Shown here: positions 49,340 through 55,173 of the stretch, piece by piece
Layout of the letters: the number at the start of each line of letters is the position of its first letter
How positions within the stretch are numbered: position 1 is the stretch's first letter
Origin: a virus
Lineage: Duplodnaviria; Caudoviricetes
Length of the DNA stretch: 55,173 bases
Virus record (IMG/VR): IMGVR_UViG_3300043607_000025
Location: 1 to 55,173 of that record
Reading direction: 5' to 3' (one strand)
The notes under the pieces: model-generated
What the model was told of the DNA's origin: nothing
Databases searched by the model: none
What the model saw: the letters and a program-made list of their open reading frames with translations, nothing else
Position numbers and translations under genes: made by a program

Positions 49340-51016
49340 TCACGCAAAGAACAACTTATACTCGGGCGTATTCTGCGGCTTCGGATCGCGCACCATCACG
49401 GTGACCGCATCCATCAGCGCCATCCACGGGTCGATCTTGGCGTCGCCCGCGCTCTGCTTGGTCGCCCGGATCGCCGTCGCCGTCGGCTCGATCTTCACAT
49501 TGCCCACGCACCAGTCCATCAGCGCGTTTGGCGCGTGCTTGAGCGTGCCGTTCTCGACCTTGCGCTCGGCCGTCTTGATCGCATTCATAAGCTGATAGCC
49601 TTGCGGCGCGCCGACGACTTGCTCGCCCTCCTGCGTGATCTTGATCGCGCGCAACGCCTCGATGAACTCGCCCAGGCCCGCCGGGTCTACTGCCACGCAC
49701 GCCAGCAGCTTCTTGTCGCGGATATCGGCGATCAACTCGACAATCTCCTCGATGTCCTGCGCCGCATGCTCGACGATGGTGAGCTCGCCCGCCGCTTGCG
49801 CCTGCTCGAGCCGCGATGCGATCAACTTGCGCCGATCGAGCACGCTGCGATGACACCACGCATGCGTCCAGACGAGCCAATCAAGCGTCTCACGACAGCG
49901 CCCGACCACGGCCAGGCCAAAGAGATCGTCGAGCCCGCCGCCGTCGATGCCGACCACAATGACCTCGGACCTAATCAGGATCTCATCGAGCGTCAGCGCC
50001 GCGTCCTCGGCCGCTTCCCAATACTCGGCGCCAGGCCAGCCGTTCTCGCGCAAGCTCAGCCCGATCTGCACGTTGAAGTGCTGGCTCGCGATCAGCGCCA
50101 CCGCACCCGGCCCGTCCGCCTCGGCCCGCATCACCTCGCGCGCCAGAAAGTCCTCGTTGGTCGAGCGCCCAAGATTGGGATTGACCAGCGGCCAATAGCG
50201 CCGCTCTTTCCACCCATTGTCGCGCGCGAGCCGATCCGGCAGCTCGTACAGCACCGGCAGCAGCGGCATGGGCGCATGTCCGTCGCGCACCGCGCGCGCC
50301 ATCGCCAGCTCGGACGCAAACACGCCACTCGGCGACTGCTTGCTCTGCGTCGTCGTCTGAAACAGAAACCCGTCCGGCCTTTTGGTCAGCGCGCCGCGCA
50401 ACTCGATGAAGATGTCGGCCGCGTTCGCCTTCTTGGCAAACACATGCGTCTCGTCGATCATCGTCCCCACGGCCTTGCTGCCAGTGATAACGTCAGTGTC
50501 GGCCGCCTTGATCTGCAGCGTCGCGCCCGAAACCCTGTGCGTGATCTTCTTGAGGTTGTCCTGAACCTGGAACAGCTTCGTGAGCTCGGGATCGAGCTTG
50601 ATCGTGCCCTTCGCTTGCCGGTAGGCGATCGTCGCCACCTCGATCGTCGGCGCGATGAACAGATACTCGGCCTCGGGGCGCCTATTGCAGATCAGGGCGG
50701 TAACCATCACCGCACCCCCGTTCGAACTCTTGCTGTTCCCCTTCGGAATGAGCTGGAACACCTCGCTGATGTGCCGCGTATTGGTTGCGGGATCGTAGGA
50801 ACCAAACAATGCCGCGACGATCGGGAAAAACCACGGCCCGCAAACCTCGCCCATCGTTGGCGTACCGATCACGTCCGGCAGCCGCAGCCGCTTGAACACC
50901 CGTAGGGCCTTCGCCGCCTCGGCCGGAAACAGCGGCAGCTCGGGTACCAGCGAGCGGCCGGCAAGTAACCTTTCTTCCCAGTCGACCACCGCCGTGTCCC
51001 ACGACCGCGTCAGCAT
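49340..51016 (-). CDS. Terminase large subunit
   Basis: Walker A IPKGNSKS, Walker B TMIDE, nuclease motifs GIDGG..DDL and KIDP. Confidence 0.93.
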   Translation of the reverse strand: MLTRSWDTAVVDWEERLLAGRSLVPELPLFPAEAAKALRVFKRLRLPDVIGTPTMGEVCGPWFFPIVAALFGSYDPATNTRHISEVFQLIPKGNSKSSNGGAVMVTALICNRRPEAEYLFIAPTIEVATIAYRQAKGTIKLDPELTKLFQVQDNLKKITHRVSGATLQIKAADTDVITGSKAVGTMIDETHVFAKKANAADIFIELRGALTKRPDGFLFQTTTQSKQSPSGVFASELAMARAVRDGHAPMPLLPVLYELPDRLARDNGWKERRYWPLVNPNLGRSTNEDFLAREVMRAEADGPGAVALIASQHFNVQIGLSLRENGWPGAEYWEAAEDAALTLDEILIRSEVIVVGIDGGGLDDLFGLAVVGRCRETLDWLVWTHAWCHRSVLDRRKLIASRLEQAQAAGELTIVEHAAQDIEEIVELIADIRDKKLLACVAVDPAGLGEFIEALRAIKITQEGEQVVGAPQGYQLMNAIKTAERKVENGTLKHAPNALMDWCVGNVKIEPTATAIRATKQSAGDAKIDPWMALMDAVTVMVRDPKPQNTPEYKLFFA

Positions 51017-51336
51017 CAGTTAGCCCGGCCCTCAAACTCCAGGTCGCCAGACCACGCCGTGCCGGCGCCCGCGGTCTCCGCAGCCTCGGCCTGCAGATCC
51101 TTCTTGCCCCTGGTGCTGTCCGCCACCCGCGGATGGCAATACGGGGCCGCTGCCATCGCCATCCGGTCCCGCCGGACCTCGTCGGCGGTTGGGTCGTTCA
51201 GCACCAACAGCATGTATTCCAGCGGCTGCATCTTGGCCGCCTTGGCGTCCGCCACAATGTCCTTCGGCACCGGGTTCGGCGCCTTGGCCTTGAGCCGGGG
51301 CCGTCCGCCTTGTGCACGGTATCCACCACTTGGAAT
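51016..51336 (-). CDS. Terminase small subunit; probable ATT start
   Basis: AGGAG-N6-ATT CCA AGT GGT GGA TAC CGT (xPSGGYRAQGGRP); PLEYML...AAAPYCHP. Confidence 0.75.
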   Translation of the reverse strand: MPSGGYRAQGGRPRLKAKAPNPVPKDIVADAKAAKMQPLEYMLLVLNDPTADEVRRDRMAMAAAPYCHPRVADSTRGKKDLQAEAAETAGAGTAWSGDLEFEGRAN

Positions 51337-51462
51337 TTTCTGCTCCTGCGGTTGTTGGAAGAAAATTCTACAGATTTAGCAAATTGCTAGAAAAATTGTG
51401 GGAATGCGGGGGCAGGCGGTTATACCTCGGGATGGTTTTTGAATTCGCATCCACCCCCCCCT

Positions 51463-51801
51463 TCATCGTTTCAACCGTTGGACACGTACACGGAAGGTCT
51501 TGCGCTCGTGATGCGATGCACAAAGGACCATTCCATTATTAATATCAAATGGTTGACCACCATCCTTCAACTCTACTATGTGGTCAGCGTACACACGATG
51601 CTCGGGCCACGCCTTGGTGCACCTACGCCCATGTTCGTCCCGTGCCTCACACCTACGGCCTGCTCGGCTCGTGATCTCGGCACGCCAAGCTATGTACTGC
51701 GGGCTATTGTAGATCGGCTCGATCTGCTTGGGTGGTAGCTTGGTGGTTCTGGTGTCCACGGCCCGGATCACCGGGGTGATGCTGCGAACAACCTTGGTCA
51801 T
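51463..51801 (-). CDS. Packaging-associated HNH endonuclease
   Basis: RCE..C...ADHIVELKDGG..N..LCASHH..KT; upstream of terS. Confidence 0.85.
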   Translation of the reverse strand: MTKVVRSITPVIRAVDTRTTKLPPKQIEPIYNSPQYIAWRAEITSRAGRRCEARDEHGRRCTKAWPEHRVYADHIVELKDGGQPFDINNGMVLCASHHERKTFRVRVQRLKR

Positions 51802-51837
51802 GGCTGGATAGGCCCGCATGGCTGGATAGGCCCGCAT
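51799..51837. repeat. 18-nt tandem duplication CATGGCTGGATAGGCCCG
   Basis: Two exact copies plus CAT, over the HNH start. Confidence 0.8.
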
Positions 51838-51977
51838 TCGGCCAGGAAAGGCCGCTGGTGCGTTATTGTGGGGGGTAGGGGTGGAGTAGGCGCTCCAGCC
51901 CATTGAACCAGCCAGAGGCTGTTTTTTCTGTACCATAGTTTCACGATAAATCAATATTTGGTAATAATCTGTCGCCA

Positions 51978-52466
51978 CTACACCACCGGTACGCTTTGGC
52001 GGGTGAGTTCCATGGCAATGACGTGGGCTCCTGCTATGGCCCGACGGTAGAACGTGGACCGGGACCACCGGCGCAGCTTTAGCAGCCTGGACAGAGATCG
52101 CTGGTAGGCAGCAGCCGCAGCCAAATGGCTGAGGCACAGCCGTTCCTCGGGATATGGGGCCAAAATGGCGAGCCAGTCGTGCGCCTGTTCCATCCTGCTG
52201 ATATCGATGGAGGAACATCCAAGCCGCGCATTTTCCCAAGCATGAAATCTTTCCTTTCGATCGTCGTCCGCACGGCCAACGATGTCGGAAAATTCGGTCG
52301 CCATCGGTGGCCACGCGCTGGCAATCAACAAACGGCGGCGCGCGTGCGGCAACCGGCGCTCGACAGTGTAGGCCTCGACGAGCCGCTGCTGTACCCAGTC
52401 GGCGGACCATGCCGCTGGCGTGACGGCGCGGGATGCGTCGATCGCGATGGTGCTCAGGCGGGGCAT
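51978..52466 (-). CDS. Putative late-gene regulator (DUF6362-like)
   Basis: W..DWV..RL.EA..ERRLP; C-terminal SRSTFYRR HTH-like; last early gene before an AT-rich late promoter region. Confidence 0.6.
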   Translation of the reverse strand: MPRLSTIAIDASRAVTPAAWSADWVQQRLVEAYTVERRLPHARRRLLIASAWPPMATEFSDIVGRADDDRKERFHAWENARLGCSSIDISRMEQAHDWLAILAPYPEERLCLSHLAAAAAYQRSLSRLLKLRRWSRSTFYRRAIAGAHVIAMELTRQSVPVV

Positions 52467-52473
52467 CGTTGCA

Positions 52474-52986
52474 TCACGCGGCGGCGGGCGGGACTGCTGC
52501 ATTGCGCGGTGGTGGTTCCTTCTGCGCCATTGTTTGCAGCCGGCCAAGCAGCACCATGGTCGCGTCGAGCGCGGCTTGGAGTTCGTCTTCGAGATCCAAC
52601 GCCTTCGCTACATTTTGCGCGCGCTCGAAGATGGATCGCACGCGCTCCACCTCGGCCGCCAATACATCGGCGGATGCGCTTTCCTCGGATCGGATTCGAG
52701 CGATAGCACGATAGCCTTGGAGCGGAGCCACATCGGGGTCGCGGACATATCCCACGACCGAGAACTTTTGTTTTTCGACCGTCATCACCACACGCACACT
52801 TGAGATCAAATGGCGGGCTTGGTCGAGCCGGTAGTTGGCGGCGGCCTTGGTGTTGTCCCACTCGAAATCCTTGTGCAGCGGGTGCTTTGGATTGCGGGCG
52901 GCTTCGACGACGTGGGTCGGCGTCAGGCAGCCGTGCTTGTTCTCCAGCGCGCGGAGGGCGGCGATTTTGACTTTCATGCTGCTCAT
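52474..52986 (-). CDS. Putative accessory protein of the RAMP/repeat locus
   Basis: LTPTHVVEAARNPKHPLHKDFEWDNTKAAANYRLDQARHLI; GGAG RBS just after the array hairpin. Confidence 0.75.
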   Translation of the reverse strand: MSSMKVKIAALRALENKHGCLTPTHVVEAARNPKHPLHKDFEWDNTKAAANYRLDQARHLISSVRVVMTVEKQKFSVVGYVRDPDVAPLQGYRAIARIRSEESASADVLAAEVERVRSIFERAQNVAKALDLEDELQAALDATMVLLGRLQTMAQKEPPPRNAAVPPAAA

Positions 52987-53005
52987 TGATTGCTCCGTTG
53001 CGAGG

Positions 53006-53032
53006 GCCGAGACCGGGGTCTCCGATCTCGGC
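53006..53032 (-). other. 11-bp hairpin at the 3' end of the repeat RNA
   Basis: GCCGAGATCGG-agacc-CCGGTCTCGGC; one pair is U-G on the minus strand only. Confidence 0.75.
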
Positions 53033-53043
53033 TTTGTTGTTTG

Positions 53044-53301
53044 GTCACGTCAGGTCTCGTCAGGTCACGTCTGGTCGCGTCACGTCACGTCTCGTCGGGT
53101 CGCGTCACGTCGTGTCATGTCACGTTGGTCTTGGCTCGTCGTGTCAAGGCCCGTCAAGTCGCGTCACGTCACGTCTTGTCGTGTCACGTCTCGTTGGTCT
53201 TGGCTCGTCGTGTCAAGGCTTGTCGCGTCGCGTCACGTCTCGTCAGGTCAGGTCTAGTCCGGTCAGGTCTAGTCCGGTCTAGTCCTGTCCCGTCACGTCC
53301 C
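53044..53301 (-). ncRNA. Candidate guide-RNA array: 50 x NN-GAC units in three blocks (21/13/16) split by CAAC
   Basis: Parsed base by base: 46 GAC and 4 GCC constant triplets; starts 2 nt after the RAMP-like stop codon. Confidence 0.75.
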
Positions 53302-53303
53302 GA

Positions 53304-54146
53304 TTACTTCGCACCAACACCGTTGCCGATGTGCTCCTCGCCCGGCAGCGGTGGTATTGCTGGCTTCTTTCGCTTCGTGGATGTTGCCGGCCGCGCCACG
53401 CGGGTCACCTGCTCGGCCAGGAACCGGGTCAAGAGGTTTTCGGTCTCGCGGTCGTAAAACTGCGGATCGGCGAGCGCATTGTCCTGCGCCTTGGTGGCTC
53501 CGAGCTTGACGATCTCGTGCCATTCCCGGTCGTCCTCCGAGCACACCCGCCAGCAGCCGAATGCCATCTTGCCTTTTTGTGGCCGGCCGTCGCCGACGCC
53601 GATGATGATGCCCGCAGCACCCAGTAGGTTGCCGACCGATTGAGATTTGATCAGAGCTGTTGGAAACATCACGGTGATCCTGGTGGCCCATCGCGGAAGG
53701 ATGGGAAGCGTCCGCACATCCGGCGTGCGCTTCATGTCACTGGAGCGAACGATGGTGCTGTAGATCTGCGGCACACCCCAGACCGGGATCTTGAGGCCAG
53801 GCACGCGCGTGAGCCGGCCGATCTGCGACTTGGTCGCGCCGACGATGTCGATGGCAACGTCGGCGATCGCCGCATGGAAGCTGCCGGCCGGCATGTACAG
53901 CCGCGTCGGCGCATTGTCGTCGTCGCGGAATTGATAGGCGGCGTCGCGGAACTCGTCGAACGGCTCGTGTTTCTTCGACGATGCACGCTCGGCCGCGTTC
54001 TTCCGGCCGGGTGGGTCCAACAGCGCTCCGGCCGCCTTAGCGCTCACGGCATGTGGCACAAGCGGCGATGTGCCGACGAGACAGAAATCCATGCTCGTCA
54101 TTTCGATTTCGGTGATTGTGATGTTGGTTTCCTGATTTTTAGCCAT
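53304..54146 (-). CDS. Stand-alone RAMP/Cas7-like protein
   Basis: Beta-1 LVGTSPLVPH, LYMPAGSFHAA, R..P....W strand, C-terminal Gly-rich loop AGIIIGVGDGRPQKGKMAFG. Confidence 0.7.
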   Translation of the reverse strand: MAKNQETNITITEIEMTSMDFCLVGTSPLVPHAVSAKAAGALLDPPGRKNAAERASSKKHEPFDEFRDAAYQFRDDDNAPTRLYMPAGSFHAAIADVAIDIVGATKSQIGRLTRVPGLKIPVWGVPQIYSTIVRSSDMKRTPDVRTLPILPRWATRITVMFPTALIKSQSVGNLLGAAGIIIGVGDGRPQKGKMAFGCWRVCSEDDREWHEIVKLGATKAQDNALADPQFYDRETENLLTRFLAEQVTRVARPATSTKRKKPAIPPLPGEEHIGNGVGAK

Positions 54147-54179
54147 TCGCGAACTTCCTTTGTTGGGTTGGTGGGGTGC

Positions 54180-55173
54180 TCATGAGTAAGCCCCGGTGTC
54201 GTAATCCGTTGACCGATATTTCCCCGTCGCGAGGTTGTATTGGAGGCCGAGTTTGCAGGGGTAACCGAGTTCATCGAACCGGGCCTTGCGGTGGTAGAGC
54301 ACAGCCTCGGTCTTGCGGTTCACACCGTCGAAAATCTCAGGCCGGTGCACGACGAAGCCCTGGTCGACCATATTTTCCCAATGTTTGGCGCCGGCGATGT
54401 CTTCGAGGCCTGGGGGCCCGCCGCGCCGATTGCCATCCATTTTTGCTGGGTGAGCTACGATCTGGACGTGGCAATTCATGTCATTCGCGAACACGTACAT
54501 CGCGCGCAGGCAGCGCGCGATGTACTCATCCTCGCGTTCGTTTCGCTCCCGCGAACCCTCGAGCCTATTCCAAGGATCGAGCGTGATCACCTTGGCACCA
54601 TGGCGCACGATGGCGATTTCGGCGAGGTCCAGGAACCATTCGAGAGTTTGTCGGTGCTCTGGGTGGACGGCGAAAAGGTAGTGCTCGTTGATCCAGCCGT
54701 CGGCCTTGCGCTTGTCATCGTCGTCAAGATCGCGCTCGTGCCTGCCCATGATGAGCGTACGAAGTTGTTTGCGCATGTGCGGCTTCGGCCGTGTCTCGAA
54801 GGTCGCGGCGAACAACACCAGGCGATAGGCTTGGATGATCTGAAACCAGATTTGCGTCCAGAGCATTGTTTTACCCATGCCAGCGTGCCCGGTGACGACG
54901 GAAAGCGTACGCGGCGCGAGCCTGATTTTGCTTTCCCACTCCGAAAATCCTGGGTCCCACAGTGTCAGCGCTGGGGGCTCGGGGAGTTCGCCGAGGCGGT
55001 AAAGCCCGGCGACTGGCCACTGCAGCGACCCTTCGGTTACGAGGTCGCGTAGGTCGCGCGCGCCTTCGGTGCGCAGGACATCGTTGGCGTCCTTGCAGCC
55101 TTCCGGCCAATCGACAAACCAGAACCGTGCCGCACCGAGTAACCTGGCCATGTCAGCGCGGAGTGACAGGCCG
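54180..55173 (-). CDS. Primase-helicase, 3' part (SF4/Twinkle-like helicase)
   Basis: KDAND (Toprim), Walker A TGHAGMGKT, Walker B VITLDPWN, VAHP, IAGA. Confidence 0.88.
   Translation of the reverse strand, partial: GLSLRADMARLLGAARFWFVDWPEGCKDANDVLRTEGARDLRDLVTEGSLQWPVAGLYRLGELPEPPALTLWDPGFSEWESKIRLAPRTLSVVTGHAGMGKTMLWTQIWFQIIQAYRLVLFAATFETRPKPHMRKQLRTLIMGRHERDLDDDDKRKADGWINEHYLFAVHPEHRQTLEWFLDLAEIAIVRHGAKVITLDPWNRLEGSRERNEREDEYIARCLRAMYVFANDMNCHVQIVAHPAKMDGNRRGGPPGLEDIAGAKHWENMVDQGFVVHRPEIFDGVNRKTEAVLYHRKARFDELGYPCKLGLQYNLATGKYRSTDYDTGAYS
54983..55173. repeat. Terminal direct repeat, right copy
   Basis: Matches 1-191 with one mismatch. Confidence 0.95.

Noticed and set aside
53148-53177. 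NN order in block 2 (AA GT GT GC TT GG) nearly mirrors the start of the orphan array (GG TT GC GC GT AA)
   Set aside because: Unit-order reversal without complementation has no obvious mechanism, and six units from a biased alphabet can match by chance.
53044-53301. Canonical CRISPR array
   Set aside because: Only two copies of a 28-mer; the intervening sequence is itself period-5 rather than unique spacers; no adaptation genes.
52835-53457. Plus-strand ORFs over the array (SRHVTS/VRSG-type repeats)
   Set aside because: They arise from translating a stop-poor period-5 repeat in all three frames, antisense to the operon, with no RBS.
54983-55173. Biological terminal repeat of the virion DNA
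   Set aside because: It falls mid-gene; the HNH-terS-terL arrangement suggests cos-type ends near 51340-51460, so an assembly overlap is more likely.

Overview
The window is an apparently complete temperate siphovirus-like phage genome of about 54,982 bp. Positions 1-191 recur at 54983-55173 (190/191 identical), so it was assembled as a circle. The host is probably an alphaproteobacterium of the Rhizobiales/Bradyrhizobium type, based on gcrA, a cpaB fragment, VPGPxxGAGLPGL-sorted proteins and an attP core resembling a tRNA-Trp 3' end. Layout: a leftward early/replication operon (cro, cII-like, MT-A70 methylase, GcrA, RuvC-like, replication initiator, primase-helicase); cI with shared palindromic operators; a rightward recombination/accessory operon (AAW-repeat protein, solo TnpB, YqaJ exonuclease, RecT-like, two PEP-CTERM-like proteins, xis/int/attP); and a long minus-strand late region (HNH, TerS/TerL, protease-capsid fusion, portal, glyco-modification genes, tail, lysis). 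The standout feature is a candidate non-CRISPR RNA-guided system. A RAMP/Cas7-like gene (53304-54146) is followed directly by a non-coding array of 50 five-nt units (constant GAC plus a variable dinucleotide, 53044-53301), a 3' hairpin and a putative accessory gene. A second, stand-alone 15-unit array with its own putative promoter and a related 3' hairpin lies antisense beside the portal gene (44789-44903). All protein calls are by eye from motifs; no searches were run.
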